A DNA stretch of 64,000 nt from Bacteroidales bacterium (GCA_017455205.1 JAFTBM010000035.1:2933-66932), one strand, 5' to 3'. Counted from the first letter of the stretch, positions 43,104 to 52,699 are shown. Made by a program: numbers and translations. The notes: a model not told the origin generated them from the letters alone.

Positions 43104-44462
43104 ATGCTGCAACGTTTCGCCGACTATATTAGGCTCCATGGCCTCATCGCCGAAGGCGAAAGAACCCTCCTCGCCGTCAGCGGCGGACGCGATTCCGTCT
43201 GCCTCGCCCACCTCGCCCACCAGCTCCACCTTCCCTTCGCCATTGCCCACTGCAACTTCCACCTCCGCCCCTCCGACTGCGATCGCGACCAGGAATTCGT
43301 CCGCAGCCTCGCCCAGTCTCTCCATGTCCCCTTCTTCACCACCGATTTCGACACCCACGCTTATGCCCAAGCCCAAGGCTACAGCCTCGAACAGGCAGCT
43401 CGCCTTCTGCGCTACGCCTACTTCGCCCACCTCTGCCAGTCCGAACACTACTCCCGCCTCGCCACAGCCCACCACCTCGACGACTCCATCGAGACTTTCT
43501 TCCTCAACCTCTTCCGAGGCACTGGCATAGCAGGTCTACACGGCATCCTCCCCCTCTCCCATCTCACCCTCCCACCCACCGACACCGCTGTCGCCGACGC
43601 TCCGCCCATCAGTCTCACCGTAGTGCACCCTATGCTCTGCTTCTCCCGCGCCGAAATCGATGCCTACCTCGCACAGCATCAATTAGCCTATGTGGACGAC
43701 AGCACCAATTTCGAACCCGAGGTGCAGCGCAACCGCATCCGTCTCCAGCTGATGCCTCTCCTGCGCGAGCTTTACCCCTCGGTCGATACTACTATGCAGG
43801 CCAACATCCATCGGCTGCATGAGGTAGAGCAGGTCTATCGGTTGCATATCGAAGACCTTCGTCGCAAGCTCTGCCATCGTGTCGCCCCCCGTCTTCCTTG
43901 GCTCTCCATGCCCATCGATGCGTTCCCCCTGACCAGCCTCGCGACCCTCTCCCCACGCAGCACCCTCCTCTTCGAACTCTTGCGTCCCTATGGCTTCAAT
44001 GCCTCCGTGGTGGCCAATATCGAAGCCTCTCTCCCTTCCCCCCAATCGGGTAGCCAATTCTGCTCGCCAACCCACCGTGCCGCCATTGACCGCGACCAGC
44101 TCCTCGTTGCACCCATTCCCCCCCCCACCGCTCCCACCCTCACCATCCGCGAAACCACTCTCCCCTCCTCCCCCCGCACCGATGCCTGCCAGATCTACGT
44201 CGCCCCCACCAGCCTCCGTCTGCCACTGCGTCTGCGCCCCTGGCATCCAGCCGACCGCTTCTGCCCCTTCGGCATGAGCGGAAGCCGACTGGTCAGCGAC
44301 TTCCTGAAGGATGCAAAGCTCAACGCCCTCGAGAAGCCGCATGTCCAACTGCTCGTTGATGCCAGCGATAGGGTGGTCTGGGTTGTCGGCCTGCGAGCCG
44401 ACAACCGCTTCCGTGTGCATCAAGCAGGCGATGCCTGCTGGCTCGTCAGCGTATCGCAATAA
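43104..44462 (+). CDS. tilS: tRNA(Ile)-lysidine synthetase
   Basis: PP-loop LLAVSGGRDSVCL, AHHLDD and a TilS C-terminal domain. 452 aa. Confidence 0.9.
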   Translation: MLQRFADYIRLHGLIAEGERTLLAVSGGRDSVCLAHLAHQLHLPFAIAHCNFHLRPSDCDRDQEFVRSLAQSLHVPFFTTDFDTHAYAQAQGYSLEQAARLLRYAYFAHLCQSEHYSRLATAHHLDDSIETFFLNLFRGTGIAGLHGILPLSHLTLPPTDTAVADAPPISLTVVHPMLCFSRAEIDAYLAQHQLAYVDDSTNFEPEVQRNRIRLQLMPLLRELYPSVDTTMQANIHRLHEVEQVYRLHIEDLRRKLCHRVAPRLPWLSMPIDAFPLTSLATLSPRSTLLFELLRPYGFNASVVANIEASLPSPQSGSQFCSPTHRAAIDRDQLLVAPIPPPTAPTLTIRETTLPSSPRTDACQIYVAPTSLRLPLRLRPWHPADRFCPFGMSGSRLVSDFLKDAKLNALEKPHVQLLVDASDRVVWVVGLRADNRFRVHQAGDACWLVSVSQ

Positions 44463-45714
44463 AACTCTTCACCGCCAGCAGCCGGTCGCCACGGTCGGCA
44501 GGCGTGTGCTGATAGACATAGACCGTGTAGCGGTTGCTGGTCTCGCTATGGTCGCCTTCGAGCTGTGCCGTCTTCGACTCCCACTGCGAATACTGCCCGT
44601 TGGCATAGAGCAGCTGGTAGGAATAATAACCCTGCTTCAAGAAAAGGCGTAGCGTGTAGGCCTTGATGGTGGGATTGTATTGCATCATCGAGGTCGAATC
44701 CATCTTCCAGTCGGTGATTGCACCCACCACATGCACGTTGCCATCCATATAAGGCTGCTGCATCGGCAGGCTGAAGTTCACCCACACGTAGTCCGCCTCC
44801 AGCCGAGGATTTTCCCTGTCCCAGATATTCACCTTCATCCCCCCGTTGAGCACCGTCTCGTTGAGGTAGTGCTTCCGCGAACGGTCATCCTCGGGATTAA
44901 GCACCACAAACTGCTCCCCACCATAGTTCTCCACGCTCGACACATTATAGCCCGTCCCCCGCAGGTTGCTGCAGTCAAAATAGCGAAACGTGTTGCCCCC
45001 ATCGAAGATATTGCACTGTCGGTTGGCAAACAGCACCGCCTGGCCTTCGTAGCCGCTAAACTCCAGCAGCCGCATGTTATCCAGCCTACCATTCTGCTGC
45101 ACCGCCACCGTCAGGTACTCGGGCCGCTGGTCGGTCGCCACCGCCACATCCACCTCCTGCCGTCGCCCCACACCGATGCCGTCGTAGGGGCGCGTATTGG
45201 TCGCCCTCACCGTGGTCTTCTGCTCGCTTACGCAAAAACGGCGTGTCAGCAGCACCCCGCTCTTGCCGAGGTCTTCCTCGCTGCTGATGGTCAGCTCGTA
45301 GTTGCCCGAGTGCGTAAACGCAGCGTAGCGGTCGGGCAAGAGGCACCGATAGTGGACATACTCCACCGTGGTGGTAAACGAGAACTCGAAATCCTCTATC
45401 GTCCCCTCGGCAAACCCCGTCATAAACTCCTCCGGCTGCAAGTCGTCGGGCACCCAGCAGCGGTCGCAGTGGCGAATGCTCCAATGCAACCTCTCCGATC
45501 GTGTACCCATCACGTCGAACTCCACCACCAGCCGCCCCCTCGCCCCGAGGGTGAGCATCGGCACTGGCAGCGCCTTCTGCGGATTGTCGCCCGTGGTGCT
45601 GTTGAACATCACCACCGTCCGCACATCCTTCCGCCAAATGGAATCCACTGCAACCCTTGCACTTACTCCCCAGCTTGCCACCACGGCAAGCACTATTGTC
45701 ATCATCTTTTTCAT
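44446..45714 (-). CDS. DUF5103-family protein (T9SS SprA-plug-like)
   Basis: Signal peptide. The pattern ...L.VEFDVMG......L.WSIRHCDRCWVPDDL...EF..GF......FEFS..T.V.Y.HY matches the DUF5103 N-terminal consensus as I recall it. Family recognition only. Confidence 0.65.
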   Translation of the reverse strand: MKKMMTIVLAVVASWGVSARVAVDSIWRKDVRTVVMFNSTTGDNPQKALPVPMLTLGARGRLVVEFDVMGTRSERLHWSIRHCDRCWVPDDLQPEEFMTGFAEGTIEDFEFSFTTTVEYVHYRCLLPDRYAAFTHSGNYELTISSEEDLGKSGVLLTRRFCVSEQKTTVRATNTRPYDGIGVGRRQEVDVAVATDQRPEYLTVAVQQNGRLDNMRLLEFSGYEGQAVLFANRQCNIFDGGNTFRYFDCSNLRGTGYNVSSVENYGGEQFVVLNPEDDRSRKHYLNETVLNGGMKVNIWDRENPRLEADYVWVNFSLPMQQPYMDGNVHVVGAITDWKMDSTSMMQYNPTIKAYTLRLFLKQGYYSYQLLYANGQYSQWESKTAQLEGDHSETSNRYTVYVYQHTPADRGDRLLAVKSFIAIR

Positions 45715-45785
45715 GCCGCAAATATACCAAATTTATTCCACATACCCGCAATTTCTTTTCATGCACTCTCCCTGCCGTTTAGGTT

Positions 45786-46046
45786 TCATTCCGCTTGCCT
45801 CATCTTTTGCTCACCAATAATTTCATCGGCCAAATAGCGGTCGCCAAAGGTGTAGTATTGGGCTTCTGGGTCGCGCATCAACTCATTGGTGTGCGACAGG
45901 TAGAACATCTCCAGTGCCTGTTCGGGACTGATACCGAGGTCGTCGGAAAGGAGAGTTACTATTCGACCAATCTTGTTCCACATCAAAAGGCTTGTCAGCA
46001 TAGCATCAGATAGTGTAGGATTTGACGAAATGAAGGTATCGGTCAA
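45786..46046 (-). CDS. DUF3791-like small protein (start uncertain; first ATG at 46001)
   Basis: GISPEQALEMFYLSHTNELMRDPEAQYYTFGDRYLADEI resembles the DUF3791 helical pattern. It is adjacent to a DUF3990-like fragment, the usual partner family. Confidence 0.45.
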   Translation of the reverse strand: MTDTFISSNPTLSDAMLTSLLMWNKIGRIVTLLSDDLGISPEQALEMFYLSHTNELMRDPEAQYYTFGDRYLADEIIGEQKMRQAE

Positions 46047-46198
46047 TCACCGTTTGCGTGCAAAAGCAAATTTGCCCATAATTCGGCTTGTAGCCGAATG
46101 TTGGTTGTATAAAATCCTCGTCCAAAGTCCAGCCCCTTCCTTCCATTTTCGACTTGGGGGTGGATTACCCTCTCCGTACTGCCATGATACACTATCAT
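46043..46198 (-). pseudogene. Truncated DUF3990-like ORF (51 codons, N-terminal part only)
   Basis: MIVYHGSTERVIHPQVENGRKGLDFGRGFYTTNIRLQAELWA matches the DUF3990 N-terminus (M.lYHGS..i..P......kDFG.GFY.T....QA..WA). It then stops where full-length members continue for about 100 more aa. Confidence 0.45.
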
Positions 46199-46322
46199 AC
46201 GCTATCTTTCTTTTTTTGCTTCGCGGCGGCGAAGAGCTTCGAGAATGTCCTCTGTTACTATCCGATGGCTTTGTGTGTGCAATGTGTCGTAGCAGGGATA
46301 TATCAACTCGGCAAACTCGGTG

Positions 46323-46330
46323 CAAAGTTA
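46323..46330 (-). promoter_or_regulatory. -7 promoter box TAACTTTG (minus strand) upstream of the DUF3990/DUF3791/plug gene string
   Basis: The reverse complement of CAAAGTTA matches TAnnTTTG followed by CA. Confidence 0.4.
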
Positions 46331-46463
46331 CGCTTTTTTTTCAAATTGCCAACTCTTCTCTTGGAATTCAGGCGGTTTTCTTGACGTTGGGTATCGAGGC
46401 TATGTGCCAGTTGGTGGGCTTGACAGCTGGGATGTGTTATCGAAATCGTTCCGACCCCATTCG

Positions 46464-46610
46464 CTTCCCCTTCTTCCAGGGTAAATGTTAATAAGAAGGG
46501 GGTAAGAAGGGGGTAAGAAGAGGGGAAGAAGGGGATGCTTACAGGTGCCTGATTATGTGCATTTTAGGCCGCCTTGCCCTACATTTCGCCAAAACGCTGA
46601 AAATGAGCGA
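46464..46610 (-). repeat. Dispersed element, copy B (inverted relative to copy A): short pyrimidine arm, loop, GTAAGAAGGGG-type purine words, conserved head
   Basis: CTTCCCCTTCTTCC at 46464-46477. AAGAAGGGGGTAAGAAGGGGGTAAGAAGAGGGGAAGAAGGGGATGC at 46492-46538. 46539-46610 is collinear with the reverse complement of 19333-19402. Confidence 0.85.
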
Positions 46611-46987
46611 GATAATAAATTTCCTAAAATCACGTTAAGTTAAATTAAGGAATGGGTGTGGGTAGGAGGTCAGAGGCTTCTTGGGAGGGGGAAACGGGGG
46701 CTGGAGGCCAAGGGGAAGTGGGTCGGGTGGAGGAGGGATTGTCAGTTAGTGGGCAACGCTTCCAAGCGTTGCATTTGAGTGTAGGGGAAGAAATGGGGTT
46801 GGGAATGTGATGAGGAAAGAGGACAAGGGCGGTGGAAAATTCTGGTGGTGGGACGAGGACGTGAGGTGGAAGGGGGTGTGGGGAGGAAGCGAGTGGTAGA
46901 TGTTTGGAAGAGGTTGAAAGTCATTTGGTTGATTGGATTTCGGCGAACTGGGAGGCGGTGCGGTCGGCTGGATTGCAGAAAAATGTG

Positions 46988-46995
46988 TATCTTTG
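46988..46995 (+). promoter_or_regulatory. -7 promoter box TATCTTTG upstream of miaB
   Basis: Matches TAnnTTTG followed by CA. It is 25 nt upstream of the ATG at 47021. Confidence 0.5.
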
Positions 46996-47020
46996 CACTC
47001 TGTTTAGTTTTTGAGTAGAT

Positions 47021-48352
47021 ATGGAGAATGTGTATATTGAGACCTATGGTTGCCAGATGAACTTTGCCGACAGCGAGGTGGTGGGGGCGATATTGCGTGA
47101 AGCGGGCTATGGGTTGGTTCAAGATTTGGATGCGGCCGATTTTGTGCTGATTAATACCTGTGCCATTCGCGACAATGCCGAACAGCGGGTGCGTCATCGG
47201 GTGCGTGAGTTGCGGGCGGCGCAGAACAGGCAGGCTGGACTTCGCATTGGGGTGCTGGGTTGCATGGCTGAACGCTTGCAGAGCCGCTTGATGGTGGAGG
47301 AGGAGAACGTCTCGTTTGTGTGTGGCCCTGATGCCTACCGCCGCCTGCCGTCGCTGCTGGCGCAGGTGAGGGAGGGACAGAAAGGTGCCGAGGTGGAGCT
47401 CAGCACCACCGAGACTTATGCCGACATTGAGCCAGTGCGCTTGGCAAGCAATGGGGTGTCGGCTTATATCAGCATCATGCGTGGTTGTCAGAACTATTGC
47501 ACCTATTGTGTGGTGCCCTACACGCGTGGGCGCGAGCGCAGCCGCGAGCCGCAGACGATTGTGGCCGAGGCACGAGCGCTGTTTGAGCAGGGCTATCGCG
47601 AGGTGACGCTGCTGGGGCAGAACGTCAATAGCTACCGTTGGGAGACTGATGGTGGGAGGACAGCGGTGGATTTTGCCGAGCTGATGCGCCAGGTGGCCGA
47701 GGTGAGTCCGCTGCTGCGGGTGAGGTTTGCCACCTCGCACCCGAAGGATTTGAGCGACAGGCTGATTGAGGTCATGGCCAGCTATGCCAATATCTGCCGC
47801 AGCATCCACCTGCCGGTGCAGAGCGGGAGCAACCGAATGCTCAAAGCGATGAACCGGCGCTACACGGTGGAGTGGTACCTCGGGCGCGTGGAAGCCATAC
47901 GCTCGCGGATGCCCGACTGCTCGCTGACGACCGACGTCATCGCTGGTTTTTGTGGCGAGACGGAGGCCGACCACGAGGCCACGCTCGCGCTGTTTCGGCA
48001 GGTGGGCTACGACTATGCCTATATGTTCAAATACTCGGAGCGCGAGGGGACTTTTGCCCAGCGGCATTTGAAGGACGATGTGCCCGACGAGGTGAAGACC
48101 CGCCGCCTCAACGAGATTATCGCCTTGCAGGGAGAGATAGCACTGGCGAACAACCGCCGCGAAGTGGGACGCGACTATGAGGTGCTGGTGGAGGGCGAGA
48201 GCCATCGCAGCCGCGAGCGGCTCTTTGGGCGCACGGGGCAGGGCAAGGTGGTGGTGTTCGACCGTGGCGATGCTGCGGTGGGGAGCTATCGCCGCGTGCG
48301 GGTGGAAGATTGCACGGCGGCTACGCTGCTGGGCCGTCTGATTGATAGGTAA
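47021..48352 (+). CDS. miaB: tRNA-2-methylthio-N6-dimethylallyladenosine synthase
   Basis: IETYGCQMNFADSE (UPF0004 domain), radical-SAM CQNYCTYCVVP and a TRAM domain. 443 aa. Confidence 0.95.
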   Translation: MENVYIETYGCQMNFADSEVVGAILREAGYGLVQDLDAADFVLINTCAIRDNAEQRVRHRVRELRAAQNRQAGLRIGVLGCMAERLQSRLMVEEENVSFVCGPDAYRRLPSLLAQVREGQKGAEVELSTTETYADIEPVRLASNGVSAYISIMRGCQNYCTYCVVPYTRGRERSREPQTIVAEARALFEQGYREVTLLGQNVNSYRWETDGGRTAVDFAELMRQVAEVSPLLRVRFATSHPKDLSDRLIEVMASYANICRSIHLPVQSGSNRMLKAMNRRYTVEWYLGRVEAIRSRMPDCSLTTDVIAGFCGETEADHEATLALFRQVGYDYAYMFKYSEREGTFAQRHLKDDVPDEVKTRRLNEIIALQGEIALANNRREVGRDYEVLVEGESHRSRERLFGRTGQGKVVVFDRGDAAVGSYRRVRVEDCTAATLLGRLIDR

Positions 48353-48354
48353 CT

Positions 48355-48801
48355 ATGCAAACTGATGGAGCTATGATAAGGAAGATTTGGCTACTGATAG
48401 CGGCTGCCGTGTTGCTGGTGGCGGCGTGCCATTCGGGAGGGATTGACCGCTTTCAAAGGGTGGTGGCCGAGGCCGAGGAGAATGCGGCATCCTATACAGC
48501 CGAAGATTGGCAGCGGGTGGATAGTGAATTTAAGGCATTCACGGAGCAGTATGACCCCGTGAGGGTGCTATCTTTGAGCGATGCGAAGCGGAACGAGGTG
48601 GGGCAGGTGGTGCAGCGCTACGCTCGGCTGCGGCTGGAGTATGCTGGCCGTAGGCTGATGGATATTGCCCAGGAGGACGATGCCTTGCCAGAGGCAACCG
48701 ACGGCGAGGCTGACGTGGAGGAATTTCCCGCCGAGGTGGATTCCCTCGTCGGGGAGATGGAGGGAGTACTGGAAGCCTACGAGGGGGTAATCGAAGATTA
48801 G
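48355..48801 (+). CDS. Hypothetical lipoprotein with an acidic C-terminus
   Basis: MIRKIWLLIAAAVLLVAAC lipobox. The start is either 48355 or 48373. Confidence 0.55.
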   Translation: MQTDGAMIRKIWLLIAAAVLLVAACHSGGIDRFQRVVAEAEENAASYTAEDWQRVDSEFKAFTEQYDPVRVLSLSDAKRNEVGQVVQRYARLRLEYAGRRLMDIAQEDDALPEATDGEADVEEFPAEVDSLVGEMEGVLEAYEGVIED

Positions 48802-48847
48802 CTCGAAGGCAATAAATAGGCGAAAGTCGCGTTAGCAAGAGGAGATT

Positions 48848-49750
48848 ATGAAAAAGGACAGGAAACAGACGATTTGGGTGCGTTGGCCGTGGTTGCTGCA
48901 TGTGCTGCTGATGCTGGGTGTCTCGGTGGTGGTGCTGGCCTTGGTGTTTGCTTTCATCAAGGTCTATGCACGGCATGGGCAGGAGTTTGAGATGCCCGAC
49001 TTGGTGGGCAGCCGTTTGGCCGACCTCGAGGCCGACAATCCGATTAGGCTTGATGTGGTGGTGATGGACTCTGTCTACCGCCCAGGCGACGAAGGGGGCG
49101 TTATCCTCACCCAAGACCCCAAGGAAGGGACACGGGTGAAGCGCGGGCGCAAATGCTATATCACCACTACGGCCTTCCGCCCAGAGGATGCAGTGATGCC
49201 CGAGCTGTCGGGTCTGACGGTGCGTCAGGCGGTCAGCGAGCTGATAAGCATAGGCTTGGTGCCAGGGAAGCTCAAGTTTGTGGACGACCCATACAAGAAT
49301 AACGTCATCTCGCAGAGTTGCAAAGGTAAGGCCGTCTATGCTGGTCAGGGAATCGAGCGGGGGGCGGTGGTCGACCTCACGGTGGGGCTTGGCGACGGCA
49401 TGGGGCGCAGTGTGGTTCCCTTCGCCATTGGCAGGACATCCGAGCGGGTGCGCCGCGACATCCTCTCGGCCTCGCTCAATGTGGGGCGTGAGCATTTCGA
49501 CGGAGTCAAAAACCGTCGCACGGCAGTGGTCTACCGCCAGGAGCCGGACTACACTGGTGTGAGCAAGTACCCCTACGGCACACGCGTAGAGCTTTGGTAT
49601 ATCGATGCCGACCAGACCGATGTGCAGCGCATGGTGCGCGAGTTTAAGGTGGACTCCAGCAAGATAGTCTATCCCGACGAAATGGAAGAATACCACGACG
49701 GCCGGCCTACGCCCGACCAGATCGACGAGCGCGAAGACTGGGCATGGTGA
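48848..49750 (+). CDS. PASTA-domain membrane protein
   Basis: N-terminal TM helix followed by three PASTA-like repeats (MPDLVG..., MPELSGLTVRQAVSEL..., VPFAIGRTSERV...). Confidence 0.75.
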   Translation: MKKDRKQTIWVRWPWLLHVLLMLGVSVVVLALVFAFIKVYARHGQEFEMPDLVGSRLADLEADNPIRLDVVVMDSVYRPGDEGGVILTQDPKEGTRVKRGRKCYITTTAFRPEDAVMPELSGLTVRQAVSELISIGLVPGKLKFVDDPYKNNVISQSCKGKAVYAGQGIERGAVVDLTVGLGDGMGRSVVPFAIGRTSERVRRDILSASLNVGREHFDGVKNRRTAVVYRQEPDYTGVSKYPYGTRVELWYIDADQTDVQRMVREFKVDSSKIVYPDEMEEYHDGRPTPDQIDEREDWAW

Positions 49751-51615
49751 GGCGGTGGATCATAGCGTTGGCAATGCTATTACCCCTCGCAGCGAAAGGG
49801 CAGGAGGTGCTGATTCCAGCAGCCAGCGGAGGAAAAACCTCGGCGGTGGCAGCTAAGTCCCCTGCGGCTGCGGTGCGGCTTCCTTTTTTTGATGATTTCT
49901 CCAACTATGAAGGTCGGCCACGAGCCAGCCACTGGGCTCAGGGTGGAGCCACAGTGGGGGCAGGCTATGCCCAGCATCCCCCCACGGTCGGCATGATGAG
50001 CCTCGATGCCCTCGATGCCGAAGGCCACCTCTATCCGCAAGCCTCCACCAGCACCTTCGCCGCCGACACCGCCACCTCGGCTCGGATTATGCTCTCGGGG
50101 CTCACGGCGGCCGATTCGGTGGTGCTGAGTTTCTACTACCTCCCCGGTGGGGGAAGTGGCAACCTCTGGGAGAGGGTGGGGGATACCCCTGGCAGTGGCG
50201 ACTCGCTCTTCCTTGACTTCTACCTCGGTGCCGAACACCGCTGGCAGACGGTCTGGCGGCGGGGAGGATGCAGTGCCGACAGCCTGCTGGTGCAGACTGG
50301 GCGCGACTGGCAGTACGTCAGCATCCCGCTCACCGAGGCCGTCTACTTCGACTCCCTCTTCCGTTTTCGCTTCCGCAATTACTGTTCGCTCGAGGACAAC
50401 GGCAAGACTGGTTTCGCAGGCAACTGCGACCAGTGGAACATCGATTATGTGCTGCTCGACCGTGGCCGCTCCTCGGCTGCCACTCCCGAATTTCGCGATG
50501 TGGCCTTCGTGTGCCAAGCCCCTTCAATGCTCGCCCACTATCGCGCCATGCCCGCTTGGCAGTTCCGCCCCAGCGAGATGGATACCACACTGAACCTCAC
50601 CATCACCAACCTCTATTCCCTCCCCTTCACCTCACACTATACCTACACCATCCTCGACGAGCAGGGCAACTCCCTCCACGCCTACGATGGTGGCTACGAG
50701 AACATCGCTCCCTTCCTCCCCTCGGGTGCCTACCAGGACGTACCGACCCACGCTCGGCCCTCGGTGAATTTCAGTTTTCCACTCTCTCGCCAGCAATGCA
50801 GCTACACTGCCGTCCACGTAGTGCGTGAAGGCTCCGCTGGCGACGACCGCCCTGCCAACGACACCATCCGCTACGCCCAGCAATTTGCCGACTACTACGC
50901 CTATGATGACGGCTCCGCCGAAAACGGCTACGGACTCACCTCCACCGCCGACAGCGTCTACCTCGCCTACCGTTTCGACCTCAATGAGCGCGACACCCTC
51001 TCCGCTATCGACCTCTACTTCAATCAAGCCTATGATGGTAGCAACCTGCAAGTGAAGTTCCTGCTCACCGTCTGGAAGGCGGAAGGGGGCAAGCCAGGCC
51101 GTGTGCTCTATCGCGACCGCACCAGCCGCCATGCCGAAGCACTCGGCTTCAACCACTTCGTGCTGGAACACATAGTCGAGGTAGAGGGTAGCATCTTTGT
51201 GGGTTTTACCCAAATTGGCAACAACTATATCAACATCGGCTTCGACCGCAGTTTCAACACCGCCGACCGCATCTACTACCTCACCGCCGTCGACTGGCAG
51301 CAGAGCATCCTCAGCGGCTCACTCATGCTTCGCCCCCGCTTCACCCGTCCAGGCAGCGAGGGAATCGCTACTGCCCGCCAGTCAAGTTCCAAGCTAACCC
51401 TTTTCCCCAATCCAGCGACCGATGTGGTATACGTCAGCTGCGATGCTGGGAGCATCCTCCTGCTGCTGGATGGCCGTGGAAAGACCGTCAAGCAGGTGCG
51501 TTCCGAATCCGAGCAGGTGCTGCTCCGCACCGAGGGGCTGCCCTCGGGAATTTACATAGTGAAAGTCTCCACCCCAAGCGGTACTGCCTCCGCACCACTT
51601 ATCATTGCCCACTGA
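49744..51615 (+). CDS. T9SS cargo protein with a type-A C-terminal sorting domain, function unknown
   Basis: Signal peptide MVRRWIIALAMLLPLAAKGQ. The C-terminus LTLFPNPATDVVYV...GIYIVKVSTPSGTASAPLIIAH is a CTD. Confidence 0.8.
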   Translation: MVRRWIIALAMLLPLAAKGQEVLIPAASGGKTSAVAAKSPAAAVRLPFFDDFSNYEGRPRASHWAQGGATVGAGYAQHPPTVGMMSLDALDAEGHLYPQASTSTFAADTATSARIMLSGLTAADSVVLSFYYLPGGGSGNLWERVGDTPGSGDSLFLDFYLGAEHRWQTVWRRGGCSADSLLVQTGRDWQYVSIPLTEAVYFDSLFRFRFRNYCSLEDNGKTGFAGNCDQWNIDYVLLDRGRSSAATPEFRDVAFVCQAPSMLAHYRAMPAWQFRPSEMDTTLNLTITNLYSLPFTSHYTYTILDEQGNSLHAYDGGYENIAPFLPSGAYQDVPTHARPSVNFSFPLSRQQCSYTAVHVVREGSAGDDRPANDTIRYAQQFADYYAYDDGSAENGYGLTSTADSVYLAYRFDLNERDTLSAIDLYFNQAYDGSNLQVKFLLTVWKAEGGKPGRVLYRDRTSRHAEALGFNHFVLEHIVEVEGSIFVGFTQIGNNYINIGFDRSFNTADRIYYLTAVDWQQSILSGSLMLRPRFTRPGSEGIATARQSSSKLTLFPNPATDVVYVSCDAGSILLLLDGRGKTVKQVRSESEQVLLRTEGLPSGIYIVKVSTPSGTASAPLIIAH

Positions 51616-51616
51616 C

Positions 51617-52648
51617 ATGGAAGCATTCGATGATACCGACGAGCAGCAACTCTATGAGCACCACCGCTTCAGCGTAGACCGTGGCCAAGAGGCTATGCGC
51701 CTCGACCGCTACCTGCAAATGCGCATCGAGGGTATCTCGCGCAGCAAGGTGCAAGCCGCCGTCAAGGCAGGTTGCGTGAAGGTGAACGGTGTGGAGGCCA
51801 AGTCGAACTACAAGGTCAAACCCCTCGACGATATTGCAGTCCTGCTACCCGAACCGCCCCACACCTTCGAGCTCCTGCCCGAGGAGATGCCCCTCAATAT
51901 AGTCTATGAGGATGCCCAGGTGCTGGTGGTTGATAAGCCAGCGGGGTTGGTTGTCCACCCAGGTGTGGGCAACTGGACTGGTACCTTGGTGAACGGTCTG
52001 CTCCACTACCTCGGCAGCAGTGCCACGCCCTACCTCGTCCACCGCATCGATAAGGACACCTCTGGCCTGCTCCTTGTAGCCAAGACCGAGGAGGCACAAG
52101 CGGCGCTGGCACGCCAATTCTTCGAGCATAGCATTGAGCGCAAGTACAATGCCTTGGTGTGGGGAGACTTCAACGAGGACAATGGCACCATCGTAGGCAA
52201 CCTCGGACGCGACCCTCGCGACCGTCGTCGGATGGCCGTCTATCCTCATGAAGAGGGGCTTCCCGACGAGCAGCAACGCGGCAAGCACGCCGTAACCCAC
52301 TGGCACGTGCTCGAGCGCTTTGGCTATGTAACCCTCATCGAATGTGTGCTGGAGACTGGCCGTACCCACCAGATACGTGCCCACATGCGCCACATCGGCC
52401 ACCCCCTCTTCAGCGATGCTACCTATGGCGGCGACGCTATCCTCAAAGGCACCACCTTTACTCACTACCGCCAGTTTGTGGAGAACTGCTTTGCCCTCTG
52501 CCCGCGGCAGGCGTTGCACGCCCGAGTGCTCGGCTTTGTCCACCCCACCACGGGCGAAACCATGCACTTCGAAAGCCCTTGGCCACCTGATATGACCCTC
52601 CTCGTCGAGCGTTGGCGAAATTATGCCACCCACGCAGCCGACCGTTGA
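51617..52648 (+). CDS. rluD: RluA-family 23S rRNA pseudouridine synthase (RluD-like) with an S4 domain
   Basis: S4 domain (RLDRYLQ...SRSKVQ), catalytic HRIDKDTSGLLLVAK and THQIRAH. Start taken at ATG 51617, just after the upstream stop. Confidence 0.9.
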   Translation: MEAFDDTDEQQLYEHHRFSVDRGQEAMRLDRYLQMRIEGISRSKVQAAVKAGCVKVNGVEAKSNYKVKPLDDIAVLLPEPPHTFELLPEEMPLNIVYEDAQVLVVDKPAGLVVHPGVGNWTGTLVNGLLHYLGSSATPYLVHRIDKDTSGLLLVAKTEEAQAALARQFFEHSIERKYNALVWGDFNEDNGTIVGNLGRDPRDRRRMAVYPHEEGLPDEQQRGKHAVTHWHVLERFGYVTLIECVLETGRTHQIRAHMRHIGHPLFSDATYGGDAILKGTTFTHYRQFVENCFALCPRQALHARVLGFVHPTTGETMHFESPWPPDMTLLVERWRNYATHAADR

Positions 52649-52699
52649 AAACTGGCCACATAGCAATATCCAGTCCCAATCGCCGTTATTCTCCACATA

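Noticed and set aside
44446-44462. 17-nt convergent overlap of the tilS and DUF5103-like gene 3' ends
   Set aside because: Short convergent overlaps are common in compact bacterial genomes, and there is no additional structure there.
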